Below are positions 9,228 to 17,968 of a stretch of 64,000 nucleotides of DNA, one piece after another. Position 1 is the stretch's first letter, and the number at the start of each line of letters is the position of its first letter. This DNA is from a virus, in IMG/VR virus record IMGVR_UViG_3300047673_000158, positions 1-64,000 of that record; one strand, 5' to 3'. Under the pieces are notes generated by a model, which searched no databases, was not told the origin of the DNA, and saw nothing but the letters and a program-made list of their open reading frames with translations. The position numbers and the translations under genes are program-made.

Positions 9228-10201
9228 TATTCCGCCCCTTCCAGCGCCGCATTCACGCCCGCCAGTTCAGCGCCGCCCGCTTGGGCTTCGGTGCGTTGCT
9301 TGTCGAATGCTGCGGCTTGGTCTTTCAGGTCTTCCGGGCAGCCCTTGGTGCTGATGCGCTTTTTGATCGCGGCCGGTACGGCTGCCCACGCCTTCACCAG
9401 TTCGGCGGTGCCCTTCGCCGCTTCCAGGCGCAGCGCGTCCAGCGTGCGTTGCTTTTCTTCGTCCACCTTGGTGCCGCCGTCCACCCATTCACGGATGCGC
9501 TGGCCGTGTTCATAGCCCAGGAAGCCCGTATGCCAGCCGACCGTTCCCACGATTTCTTCCAGGTCCGGGTGGCTTTTCAGCACTTCGCGCTGTTTGCCGC
9601 CGTCGTACATCATGATCGACACGGTAAGTTCGAACGGGAAATTCTTTTCGCAAATCGGCTGGATGCCCTGCGGTTCGTATTCCGTCTTGCCGTTGACCCT
9701 CACCATTTTGGTTTTTTCGCGGGCACGCATACACGCGATAATGTGCATCGGCGACGACAGCAGCGCATTGACAAAGCGTTTGTGTTCCGCCTTAGCGTCG
9801 TTCCACTTGGCGATTTTCAGCGACGAGCCGGGCGGGTTCGCGATTTCTTCACAGCCGCCCGTGCCTTCCCATTCGTGGGATACGCTGTCGGTAATGAGCA
9901 CTTCGAAGCCTGCGTGGGCCGCCGCTTCAATCACGTCAATGTAGCGTTGCGGGCTGAACGGTGCGTACAGGTCGTGAATCATGAATTTTTTCACGTTACC
10001 TTCTGCGTCCCGCAGGACGTTAGCAAACAGACGGCCGCGCCGGTTTTCCGTGCAGACGAAACCAATTTTCGACGTGTCGCCCTTAACGATACCGTGGGCG
10101 ATTTCCAGCGCCGTGCGGGTCTTGCCGCCGCCGCTGACGCCAGCCAGGCCAATAACGAGCCGGGCGCCTTCGCGCTCCGCAACTTCAAATTTGATAGTCA
10201 C
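9227..10201 (-). CDS. AAA_24/Sak4-like ATPase (putative ssDNA-annealing recombinase)
   Basis: Walker A GVSGGGKT, Walker B VLITDS.SHEW; lies between exonuclease and ssb. Confidence 0.82.
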   Translation of the reverse strand: MTIKFEVAEREGARLVIGLAGVSGGGKTRTALEIAHGIVKGDTSKIGFVCTENRRGRLFANVLRDAEGNVKKFMIHDLYAPFSPQRYIDVIEAAAHAGFEVLITDSVSHEWEGTGGCEEIANPPGSSLKIAKWNDAKAEHKRFVNALLSSPMHIIACMRAREKTKMVRVNGKTEYEPQGIQPICEKNFPFELTVSIMMYDGGKQREVLKSHPDLEEIVGTVGWHTGFLGYEHGQRIREWVDGGTKVDEEKQRTLDALRLEAAKGTAELVKAWAAVPAAIKKRISTKGCPEDLKDQAAAFDKQRTEAQAGGAELAGVNAALEGAE

Positions 10202-10216
10202 TTTCTTATGTTCCTT

Positions 10217-11341
10217 TTAGGCCGCCAAGCGCTGCACGCCCTGGCTGACATACCAAGCTGGCAATGCCAGGCTTTCCACTTTCTCGCTATACGCCGGAAA
10301 CTTCCCAGACTGAAGGCATTCCGCGTATCGGTTCAGGTTTGCCCGATACTGCATACGCCCTAACTCCACGTCTTCCGCTCGCAACACATACACGCCGACC
10401 GCATACGGCGCCTTTTTTTCCACCGCGATAAACACAAACGCACGCGGCTTGCGCCTCACTGCTGCCAGGCCATCGCGGTAAAACGGGTCCTGGACGTGAT
10501 ACCGATAGTTCGCGCACGACTTCGCGAATTCCTGCGGGCTTGCGTCTTCCGTCGTCTTCAGGTCAACCACGTAATCATCGTCAGTCAGGTAATCCGGCCG
10601 ACAGCGACACAGCACACCCGTTACCTTGTCAATCCAGTACACGGATTGTTCAGGACGCCCAGGTTTTTGCAGCAAGGCTGCTGCCTTCGGATGCGCCATA
10701 ACGGCTTCGCGCATCTTGTGCAGCACGTCCCATTCTTCCGTTTGCAGGATCGAGCGGTGGCCGTTGTTGCGCTCCCATTCCGCCTTCAAATCCCGCCACA
10801 ACGTCACCTGCTTACCGTTCGACCGCAGCAGCGTTGCAAGCTGTTCTGTCGAGCCAGAAACCGCCAGCAGCCCTTCGCGCGATTCGTTCAGCACACCAAT
10901 AAGCTGCTTCAGTTCCGCGCCGCTCATTGCTTCGCAGGCTTCACGCGTCCACACCATCGTGTCCACGTCCGTTTGCGCTGCAATGATGCGTTCAATCTGT
11001 TCTGCCTTCGCGCCCGTGGTTGCCAGTTTTGGCAGCCGCTTTGCGTTCAGGCTTTCCACCATCGACACCAGCACTTCCTTATCGTCAATGGCTTCGGGGT
11101 AATCGCTGCGCCGCATGCCCAGCGTGTATTCCGTCGCAAACACCTTTGGTTCCAGCACCAGCGCATGGAACGCGGTTCCGATGGCCTGCGCCGCTGTCGG
11201 CACCCTGTCTTCGCGAGGCGCATCCAGTGCCGCTTTCAGATGCGCCGGGCTTCGTTCAATCAGGTCCAGAAGCGACTTTGAAACCCCTGGGCCGCCGTGG
11301 TAATCCGCGTTCGAAATATCCGGGTATATGCCTGGCTTCAT
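10217..11341 (-). CDS. RecE/exonuclease VIII-like PD-(D/E)XK nuclease (DUF3799-like)
   Basis: PGIYPDISNADYH, GTAFHALVLEP, RCRPD...VDLKT, YHVQ..FY; start at MKPGIY. Confidence 0.9.
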   Translation of the reverse strand: MKPGIYPDISNADYHGGPGVSKSLLDLIERSPAHLKAALDAPREDRVPTAAQAIGTAFHALVLEPKVFATEYTLGMRRSDYPEAIDDKEVLVSMVESLNAKRLPKLATTGAKAEQIERIIAAQTDVDTMVWTREACEAMSGAELKQLIGVLNESREGLLAVSGSTEQLATLLRSNGKQVTLWRDLKAEWERNNGHRSILQTEEWDVLHKMREAVMAHPKAAALLQKPGRPEQSVYWIDKVTGVLCRCRPDYLTDDDYVVDLKTTEDASPQEFAKSCANYRYHVQDPFYRDGLAAVRRKPRAFVFIAVEKKAPYAVGVYVLRAEDVELGRMQYRANLNRYAECLQSGKFPAYSEKVESLALPAWYVSQGVQRLAA

Positions 11342-11414
11342 GCGTTGAAATCCTGTGCTTCCTATCGAACATACACAAGCGCTAGAGCGTGTTATGTGCC
11401 TGTTCAATAAGGGT

Positions 11415-11456
11415 ATTTTTGATCTTACGTTTCCAAATGTCAACACATAGGGAAAC
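11415..11456 (-). promoter_or_regulatory. Leftward sigma70-type promoter overlapped by a GTT-N7-GGAAAC operator-like site
   Basis: Minus strand TTGACA-17bp-AAAAAT; 16-mer GTTGACATTTGGAAAC at 11429-11444. Confidence 0.6.
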
Positions 11457-11567
11457 ATTATTTAGGCTGTCGTTTGCTGCCAACAGGCCATTTTTACCTA
11501 TGCGGTAAAGTTTGCCGATATTACCCGGATTCGGTCATAATTACCGAATCGTGGCGTGGATACGACA

Positions 11568-13013
11568 ATGGCCGTAGTTCTCAGGGAATACCAATCCGAA
11601 CTGATCGCGCAGGCGCGGCAAGCCCTGCGCAGGACTAAACGCGTCCTGATTCAATCGGCCACGGGATCGGGCAAAACGGCGCTGGCCACACACATGGCTA
11701 TCGAGTCGGTGGGGCGCGGCCGGAAAGTGAATTTCATCTGCCATCGCGCCGAACTGGTGGACGGCACCAGCAAGACATTCCACAAGTTTGGATTGCCCCA
11801 CGGCTTCATTGCGGCCGGGCGGCCTATGACCGTTCAGACCATGGCGAACGTGTGCAGCATTGACACGCTGAAAGCCCGGCTGGAACAGGTTAAGGCGCCC
11901 GACGTGGCCATATGGGACGAGTGCCACCACATGGGCGCAGCGGGCTGGCAACTTGTCATGAAGGCTTGGCCTGACACGTACCACATAGGGCTGTCCGCGA
12001 CACCGTGGCGGCTGGATGGCACGGGGCTGGGTGATTTCTTCGATGAAATGGTCATGGGTCCGTCCGTGGCCTGGCTGATCGAGGAAGGGCACCTGTCGGA
12101 ATATCGGGTGTATGCGCCGCACGTGCCCGACATGAAGGGCGCGCGTAAGTCTATGGGCGACTTCGCCAAGGCCGACGCAGCCGAACGCATGGACAAGCCC
12201 AAACTAACCGGCGACACAATCGAGCATTGGAAGCGGCTTGCAGCCGGAATGCGAACGGTGGTTTTCGCCACCACGATTGCGCACAGCGAACACGTGGCCG
12301 AACAGTTCAACGCGGCAGGCGTGCCCGCTGCGCACCTGGATGGAAACACGCCCAAAGCGCTGCGCCGACAAATCATCCAGGACTATGCGGCCGGGGAAAT
12401 CCTGGTGCTGTGCAATGTGGACCTGTTCGGGGAAGGATTCGACCTGGCCAGCATCGCGCAATGTGACGTGACGATTGATTGCGTAATCATGCTGCGGCCG
12501 ACACACAGCCTTTCTTTGTTCCTGCAAATGGTGGGCCGCGCGCTGCGCCCGTACCTTGGCAAAGTCGCTGTGATCCTGGACCAGGCGGGCAACACGCTGC
12601 GCCACGGCTTCCCCGATGACGAACGCGAATGGCAACTGGAAGGCCGCGACAAAAAGAAAGGCAGCAAAAAACCGGAAGGGCCGCCGCCACCAATCACCTG
12701 CGACAAGTGTTTTCAGCAAATCCGCCGACCGCTGCCGCCGAAGTGCCCGACGTGCCAGAAAATCCTGCTGGGCGAAGCGAAGCTGCCGGAATCCGACGAC
12801 GGCGAACTGGTGGAAATCACAGAAGCGGAGAAGAAACGACGGCGCGCGATCCTGCGGCAGGAGGAAGCCGAAGCGAAGGATTTAGGCGCGCTGATCGCGC
12901 TAGGGGCAAGGCGAGGCTACAAAAACGCAACCGGCTGGGCGCATAAGAAATTCCAGAATAGCCCTTGGCGAAAGCAGCTTTCTGAAAAACAACAGACTGC
13001 GGTGGGCGTGTAA
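11568..13013 (+). CDS. Superfamily 2 DEAD/DEAH-type helicase with C-terminal Zn ribbon
   Basis: LREYQ, ATGSGKT, DECHH, SATP, QMVGRALR; CDKC...CPTC. Confidence 0.95.
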   Translation: MAVVLREYQSELIAQARQALRRTKRVLIQSATGSGKTALATHMAIESVGRGRKVNFICHRAELVDGTSKTFHKFGLPHGFIAAGRPMTVQTMANVCSIDTLKARLEQVKAPDVAIWDECHHMGAAGWQLVMKAWPDTYHIGLSATPWRLDGTGLGDFFDEMVMGPSVAWLIEEGHLSEYRVYAPHVPDMKGARKSMGDFAKADAAERMDKPKLTGDTIEHWKRLAAGMRTVVFATTIAHSEHVAEQFNAAGVPAAHLDGNTPKALRRQIIQDYAAGEILVLCNVDLFGEGFDLASIAQCDVTIDCVIMLRPTHSLSLFLQMVGRALRPYLGKVAVILDQAGNTLRHGFPDDEREWQLEGRDKKKGSKKPEGPPPPITCDKCFQQIRRPLPPKCPTCQKILLGEAKLPESDDGELVEITEAEKKRRRAILRQEEAEAKDLGALIALGARRGYKNATGWAHKKFQNSPWRKQLSEKQQTAVGV

Positions 13014-13020
13014 AAACTGG

Positions 13021-13049
13021 TTGTGTTTTCTTTTGGAAACATCCATAAT
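13021..13049 (+). promoter_or_regulatory. sigma70-type early promoter with operator-like palindrome
   Basis: TTGTGT-17bp-CATAAT containing GTTTTCTTTTGGAAAC; identical in copy 2 (56366). Confidence 0.7.
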
Positions 13050-13079
13050 TGCTGCAAGTCTTGATGTTACGGGGTTTGT

Positions 13080-13208
13080 ATGTGGGCGGTTTGGGTGATT
13101 AGCGGGCTTTTTGCTGTCCTGTTTATCTATTTGCTATGGGACAGTCTTCGGGGTGCGGCGATGTTTCCGCCGCGTGAAAACGTAAACAAGGGAGTTTGTG
13201 GATCATGA
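13080..13208 (+). CDS. Small membrane protein (42 aa)
   Basis: MWAVWVISGLFAVLFIYLLW...; ORF conserved in copy 2 (56425-56553); ATGA overlap with next ORF. Confidence 0.6.
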   Translation: MWAVWVISGLFAVLFIYLLWDSLRGAAMFPPRENVNKGVCGS

Positions 13209-13303
13209 AGAAAATCGCTTTCGAAGTCGCAGGGGGTGTGGTGCTGGGCCTGGTGCTGATGATTGGCCCGATCCTGGACGGTCTTCGTAACATCGCGGCC
13301 TGA
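13205..13303 (+). CDS. Small membrane protein (32 aa)
   Basis: MKKIAFEVAGGVVLGLVLMIGPILDGLRNIAA; GGGAG upstream; conserved in copy 2 (56550-56648). Confidence 0.6.
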   Translation: MKKIAFEVAGGVVLGLVLMIGPILDGLRNIAA

Positions 13304-13307
13304 CAGA

Positions 13308-13616
13308 ATGGCCCGCGTTCATACCCGGTGCAGGCATTGCGAAACGCGCCGAGTGCTAAAGCGGCACCCGGACGAATATCGCGTGGTGCCGCAGTGCAGG
13401 GTGTGTGGCCGTCGTAATTTTCGCGTGGATGCGTGGATGAACAAGCGCAACACGCGGGCCATGGCTTGCATGTGTAGCGGGTATGCGTGGGCTGGAATGA
13501 TGACTGGTGCAATGCACCGCAAGGGTTCGAAGCAATGCTGGTACAGGGCCGATGGATCGCGCCGTGAATATGGCGATTCAGATTACTTTGTACCGGATTT
13601 TTTGAAGGCCGCCTGA
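13308..13616 (+). CDS. Cys-rich zinc-binding hypothetical protein
   Basis: CRHC, CRVC, CMC...HRKGS..C; conserved in copy 2. Confidence 0.7.
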   Translation: MARVHTRCRHCETRRVLKRHPDEYRVVPQCRVCGRRNFRVDAWMNKRNTRAMACMCSGYAWAGMMTGAMHRKGSKQCWYRADGSRREYGDSDYFVPDFLKAA

Positions 13617-13642
13617 CGGCCGACTACTAGGAGAACTGACAA

Positions 13643-14623
13643 ATGGCAGAGAAGCAAAAATCGTATCGTGACCTGATCGCAGAAGGCACGGCATCCCGCG
13701 CGAACGCCATCAAAGTACGCATTCAGGACATTTACGAACAGCCGGGCTTTAACCTGCGCGACCCTGACGCCGTGGACGAAAACGGCGAAACGTTCGAGGA
13801 AGGAATTAACCGCTTCGCGGAATACATCGCGGCCGGTGGCACGTTCCCGCCGATTGAAATTCGCATTCGAAGCGAAGGTGGCGTGTGGGTGGTGGACGGA
13901 CACCGCCGACGCCTTGCTGTGCTGCGCGCCATGGAATTGGGCGCACCGCTGGCCGATAAAAACGGCGACGTGTGGATTCACACTATCGCGTTCGAAGGCA
14001 ATGACGTAGACCGCCTTACGCGCATCATGACGTCCAACGAGTCGCGCAAGTTGACCGACCTGGAACGCGCGAACGGTTACAAGCGGCTGGCTGCATTCGG
14101 TTTGTCGTCCAGCGACATTGCCGCGCGAGTGGGCCGCAGCCGCCCGCACGTCGAACAGCTTTTGATCCTGGCGAACGCTAACCACGACGTGCAGGAAATG
14201 GTTAAGGCCGGGAAGGTATCGGCCACGGCTGCCATTGACCTGGTGCGGAAGGAAGGCGAAAACGCAGGCGCCGTGCTGGGTGAAAAGGTGGCGGCAGCCG
14301 GTGGCGGGCGCGTGAAGAAAGGCGACCTGAAACCGGCCGGGCTGCCGCGCAAGGTGGTGGACGAAGTAACCGACGCGCTGGGCTGGTTCAGGAAACACGG
14401 GCTGAATGCGGAACAGCGCAAGGTGGTGGCCCGCGCAGAGAAAGACAACGCCCACGCCGACGCGGTGGTGGAAGTGACGGCGGGCGCGCTGGCCGAACTG
14501 ATGAAAGCGGCCGGGCTGGTGGAAGAAACCCGCAAGCAGCAGGCGGCGAAGGCGGCCGAAAAGGCAGCGAAGGCCAGCCAGGGCGAACTGCCCGAAGACG
14601 GCGCAGAACAGGACGCGGCGTAA
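13643..14623 (+). CDS. ParB-like protein (ParB N-terminal domain plus HTH)
   Basis: GFNLR, VVDGHRR, LTDLERA, IAARVGRSRPHVEQLL; AGGAG RBS. Confidence 0.88.
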   Translation: MAEKQKSYRDLIAEGTASRANAIKVRIQDIYEQPGFNLRDPDAVDENGETFEEGINRFAEYIAAGGTFPPIEIRIRSEGGVWVVDGHRRRLAVLRAMELGAPLADKNGDVWIHTIAFEGNDVDRLTRIMTSNESRKLTDLERANGYKRLAAFGLSSSDIAARVGRSRPHVEQLLILANANHDVQEMVKAGKVSATAAIDLVRKEGENAGAVLGEKVAAAGGGRVKKGDLKPAGLPRKVVDEVTDALGWFRKHGLNAEQRKVVARAEKDNAHADAVVEVTAGALAELMKAAGLVEETRKQQAAKAAEKAAKASQGELPEDGAEQDAA

Positions 14624-15336
14624 TGGTCCGGGGCTACATCATTTCTTTGTGTGACATGACGGGCCACATGGTGCAGCCCTGGGTGGATGCGGGTTATCAC
14701 GCCGTACTGGTGGACCCGCAACACCCGAAGGGCGTCCACACCAGCGAGCCGAACGCGAAGGGCGGCACCGTGACGCGCATCGGCGCAACCATCGTGGAGT
14801 GCGCCGACGTGCTGGGCTCTTTCTTCCGGCTGTTTCCGGCCGCGCCCGTGGTCTTCGTGGCGGGATTCCCGCCCTGCACGGACGTGGCGGTATCGGGCGC
14901 CCGGTGGTTCAGCCACAAGGCGAAGTCCGATAAGCACTTTCAGGCAAAGGCCGCGCTGGTGGCAGAACAGTGCCGCATGGTGGGCCTGCTGTCAGGTGCG
15001 CCGTGGTTTTTCGAAAATCCCGTGTCTGTCTTCAGCGCGATTTTCGGCAAGCCTACGCATACGTTCAACCCTTACGACTACACGGGTTACGAACCGGCCG
15101 ACAACTACACGAAGAAAACCTGCCTGTGGACGGGCGGCGGGTTTGTGATGCCAGCCCCGTGCCGCGATCTGTCGCTGGGTGCGCCGGACAACCGGATTCA
15201 CACGGCACCGCCCAGCGCCGACCGCGCCAATTTCCGCAGCGCCACGCCCATGGGTTTTGCGCGGGCTGTGTTTGATGCGAACGCGCCGCACTTGCGCGCA
15301 ATTCGAACCCCTGCATTTTTTGCTGAGGCGGCATGA
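14623..15336 (+). CDS. Short phage DNA (cytosine-5) methyltransferase
   Basis: FPPCT catalytic motif, ENPV motif, YTKKTCLW, RSATPMGFA. Confidence 0.8.
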   Translation: MVRGYIISLCDMTGHMVQPWVDAGYHAVLVDPQHPKGVHTSEPNAKGGTVTRIGATIVECADVLGSFFRLFPAAPVVFVAGFPPCTDVAVSGARWFSHKAKSDKHFQAKAALVAEQCRMVGLLSGAPWFFENPVSVFSAIFGKPTHTFNPYDYTGYEPADNYTKKTCLWTGGGFVMPAPCRDLSLGAPDNRIHTAPPSADRANFRSATPMGFARAVFDANAPHLRAIRTPAFFAEAA

Positions 15337-15713
15337 AAGAAACCGGAATCCAGAACCAAATCCGAAACGCGCTGGCGGGGCACTGCATGCTGTTCCGCGC
15401 GAACGTCGGCACGGCGTGGACGGGGAACGACATTAAGCGGCTGCCTGACGGGTCCATTTTGATCCGCGATCCGCGCCCGTTCAGCACGGGGCTGCCGCCC
15501 GGCTTTTCGGACCTGTTCGGGCTGGTGACGGTTGAAATCACGCCGGAAATGGTGGGGCAGAAGTTTGCGCAGTTCCTGGCGGGCGAAGTGAAGACGGCGA
15601 CGGGCCGCAAGCGCAAGGCGCAGGGTCCGTTCCTGGATGCAATCAAACAAGCTGGTGGCCGCGCCGACGTATGGCGAAGCGCCGCCGACGCACTGCGGAC
15701 CATCGGCAAATGA
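15333..15713 (+). CDS. VRR-NUC family endonuclease
   Basis: E..IQ..I, FRANVG, GFSDL, EVK...GR...Q. Confidence 0.88.
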   Translation: MKETGIQNQIRNALAGHCMLFRANVGTAWTGNDIKRLPDGSILIRDPRPFSTGLPPGFSDLFGLVTVEITPEMVGQKFAQFLAGEVKTATGRKRKAQGPFLDAIKQAGGRADVWRSAADALRTIGK

Positions 15714-15928
15714 AAGCGAAGCGCGCACCGTATCGAGCCACGGACTACGAACAGACTGTAACCGTCGTGGAAAGCGGCGACGTGGAACGGGACGCGCTGC
15801 GCGTTACGGGGCTGCCGAAGTTGTGGCAGCGCAAGCACGAAATCTGGCGCGTGGGGCATTTGCACGGGCTGGAACATGAAACGGCCGTTAGAAGGCGGGT
15901 AATGGAACTGTGGGACGCGGGGGATTGA
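15710..15928 (+). CDS. Hypothetical protein
   Basis: ATGA-coupled; conserved in copy 2. Confidence 0.65.
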   Translation: MKAKRAPYRATDYEQTVTVVESGDVERDALRVTGLPKLWQRKHEIWRVGHLHGLEHETAVRRRVMELWDAGD

Positions 15929-16066
15929 ATGCGAGAGCTTATAAAAGACCGCCAAGCATTTGCGCGGATTGGGCGCCTGTACGGAATCAAACGCCGCTGG
16001 TTTGGGCTGGAACCGGCGCCGTGGTATCGGGCGCGGCTGATTGGGGCGGTGGAATGCAAGTGGTAA
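15929..16066 (+). CDS. Small basic hypothetical protein (45 aa)
   Basis: IGRLYGIKRRWFGLEP.PWYRARLI conserved with synonymous changes at 59676-59819. Confidence 0.65.
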   Translation: MRELIKDRQAFARIGRLYGIKRRWFGLEPAPWYRARLIGAVECKW

Positions 16067-16431
16067 TGACGGTGCGCGAAATGGTAATGGCCGCCCTGGA
16101 TGCTGAAGCGCTGGACGCAAGCGACGCAATCGGGCTAACCGCAATTGAGTTGGCGGCAGCCGTTGGCGTCACAAAAAACACTGCGAAACGCCACCTGAAC
16201 GCGGCGCATGGCGCGGGGATTGTTCATGTGTCAGGCTGGCAGCGATCAAAGAGCGGGCCGCCTGCTGCAATGTACCGGGCTGGCGAAGGCAAAGACAAGC
16301 CGAAGCCTAAGCCGTACACAGTGAATCAGCGCGCGGTGCGCTATATCAGGCGCCACAAGGCTGTTATCAAGCTGCGCAAGGCAAGGGCAGCCGGGACGCT
16401 TAACCCTTACATGCAACTGGTGGCAAATTGA
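16066..16431 (+). CDS. Winged-HTH DNA-binding protein
   Basis: LTAIELAAAVGVTKNTAKRHL...HVSGW...YRAGEG.D; TAATG coupling. Confidence 0.72.
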   Translation: MTVREMVMAALDAEALDASDAIGLTAIELAAAVGVTKNTAKRHLNAAHGAGIVHVSGWQRSKSGPPAAMYRAGEGKDKPKPKPYTVNQRAVRYIRRHKAVIKLRKARAAGTLNPYMQLVAN

Positions 16432-16676
16432 AGAAAGTCGCTTTCGTGCTTTATCCGGGTTTCGTCACTTCGCAGAACGACGGACAGCGCCACTATATTA
16501 CCGCCGATGAACTGGCCAGGCTTTACGGGCTTCAGCCAGGCACGTGGGTGGTGTATCAGCCGCCGCGAGCATTCGACCGGGCGGCAAGCTGGCGAAGAAA
16601 CCCGTATGAAGGATTGAAAGCGATTTTCCCGCGCAACGATGGCCAGCATCCGATTTTCGAAAAGGGGCAACCATGA
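16428..16676 (+). CDS. Hypothetical protein
   Basis: PGFVTSQNDGQRHYITA conserved in copy 2. Confidence 0.7.
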   Translation: MKKVAFVLYPGFVTSQNDGQRHYITADELARLYGLQPGTWVVYQPPRAFDRAASWRRNPYEGLKAIFPRNDGQHPIFEKGQP

Positions 16677-17002
16677 ACGCCGCACAGTTTTCGCGGGCAC
16701 GTGACCGCATTGGACGGGAAGCGAAGGCCCGTAAGGGGTACGAAACAAAGGCCATGCGCCGACTTATCCGCGAAGCCCGTGCAGTGATCGTGATTTCTGG
16801 CCGAACCATCATCGGCTGGCGCATGCCTGACGGCGCTATAGTCTGCTACAAGCGCCGGTATGGAACGATTGGTGCCGCGCAAATGGACATGCTAGGCATT
16901 CAGGCGGAATACGGTAAGCGCGGGGTTCCGCGCCGGGCTTACCAGTGTGATTTTTGCGGTGGCTTTCACTTGACCAGTAAGATTTCGATTAAAGAGGAAT
17001 AA
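16673..17002 (+). CDS. Hypothetical protein with C-terminal YxCxxCGGFHLTS zinc finger
   Basis: Coupled ORF, nearly identical in copy 2. Confidence 0.72.
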   Translation: MNAAQFSRARDRIGREAKARKGYETKAMRRLIREARAVIVISGRTIIGWRMPDGAIVCYKRRYGTIGAAQMDMLGIQAEYGKRGVPRRAYQCDFCGGFHLTSKISIKEE

Positions 17003-17004
17003 CC

Positions 17005-17493
17005 ATGTTGTGCCCGAAATGCAGAAACGCAACCAAAGTGGTGGACACGCGGGGAACGATGCGCCGCCGACAGTGCATGAACATTGCCTGTGGGGACCGC
17101 TTCGTTACTGACGAAGTGTTGAGCGATAGGCCGATGCCCCGCACGACGGCCGAAGCAAACAAGCTGGCCGTGCTTTCAGAGTTTGACGACAGCACCACGG
17201 TGCGAGCGCTGCGCAAACAGGTGGCCGAACTGGAAGCCGCGCTGAAGGCCACCACGGCAGCGCCCGCGCCCGCCGAAAAGCCGAAGGCAGCACCAGCACC
17301 AGCGCCCGCGCTGACTGTTCCGCCGCAGAAGAAAGCGACTCACAAGGCGACGGCAGCCGACGCGCGCCCGGCCGCATTCTTCAGCCGCGAATCGCTGGTG
17401 GCCGACGTGCCGCCGACCGTAGAAGCCAAGCCAGTGGCCGCACCTTCCTGGGTGCCCCGCCTGCCGCCTGCCGCGTTCGGACGGATGCGGTAA
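17005..17493 (+). CDS. Zinc-ribbon protein (Ogr/Delta- or NrdR-N-like) with coiled coil and Pro/Ala linker
   Basis: CPKC..TKVVDTR...RRRQC...CGDRFVT.E; GAGG RBS. Confidence 0.72.
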   Translation: MLCPKCRNATKVVDTRGTMRRRQCMNIACGDRFVTDEVLSDRPMPRTTAEANKLAVLSEFDDSTTVRALRKQVAELEAALKATTAAPAPAEKPKAAPAPAPALTVPPQKKATHKATAADARPAAFFSRESLVADVPPTVEAKPVAAPSWVPRLPPAAFGRMR

Positions 17494-17508
17494 AAAAGGA
17501 ACAAAGTT

Positions 17509-17539
17509 ATTTACCTATGGAAACGTCCAAGGCTATAAT
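17509..17539 (+). promoter_or_regulatory. Promoter with operator-like site upstream of tandem-HTH and primase genes
   Basis: ATTTACCTATGGAAAC (17509-17524) and TATAAT (17534-17539); conserved in copy 2. Confidence 0.65.
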
Positions 17540-17575
17540 GCGCTGGACGTTTTTACTATTTGCGCGGCGCGAGAA

Positions 17576-17968
17576 ATGACCACTACAAAAACAGCGAAAA
17601 CCCAGGCCGAACGGCTGGCCTACCTGATGCGTCGGCACCACCTGGACAGCGCCGACGTGTCTGCGCTGCTGGGGCGATCTGAAAAGACCGTGCGCCAGTG
17701 GGCGGCAGGCAAGGCCATGATTTCCGACGAACTGCTGGACAAGCTGCGCGCCAAGCTGGCGACGCGCCCGCGCGAGCTTGACCCGCGCACCGCCCGGCTG
17801 TTCGAAATCATGGAGAAAAACAAACTGAGTCTGCGCGACGTGGGCAGACTGGTGGGCCGATCTGAACAGACGGTGCGAATCTGGCGCTGCGAAGCAAAAA
17901 TTATCCCGCTGCATACGCTCGCGTTCCTGGAAACGCAGGTTGATAGCGCCGCAGGGGTGGCCGCGTAA
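17576..17968 (+). CDS. Tandem XRE/Cro-like HTH transcriptional regulator
   Basis: Two repeats: DVSALLGRSEKTVRQW and DVGRLVGRSEQTVRIW. Confidence 0.82.
   Translation: MTTTKTAKTQAERLAYLMRRHHLDSADVSALLGRSEKTVRQWAAGKAMISDELLDKLRAKLATRPRELDPRTARLFEIMEKNKLSLRDVGRLVGRSEQTVRIWRCEAKIIPLHTLAFLETQVDSAAGVAA

Noticed and set aside
11342-11458. 39-aa N-terminal extension of the exonuclease in the ORF track
   Set aside because: It overlaps the promoter/operator region; family similarity starts at MKPGIY, which has an AGGA RBS
14623-15713. Methylase plus VRR-NUC as a restriction-modification pair
   Set aside because: VRR-NUC proteins are structure-specific nucleases common in phage replication modules; adjacency alone is not evidence
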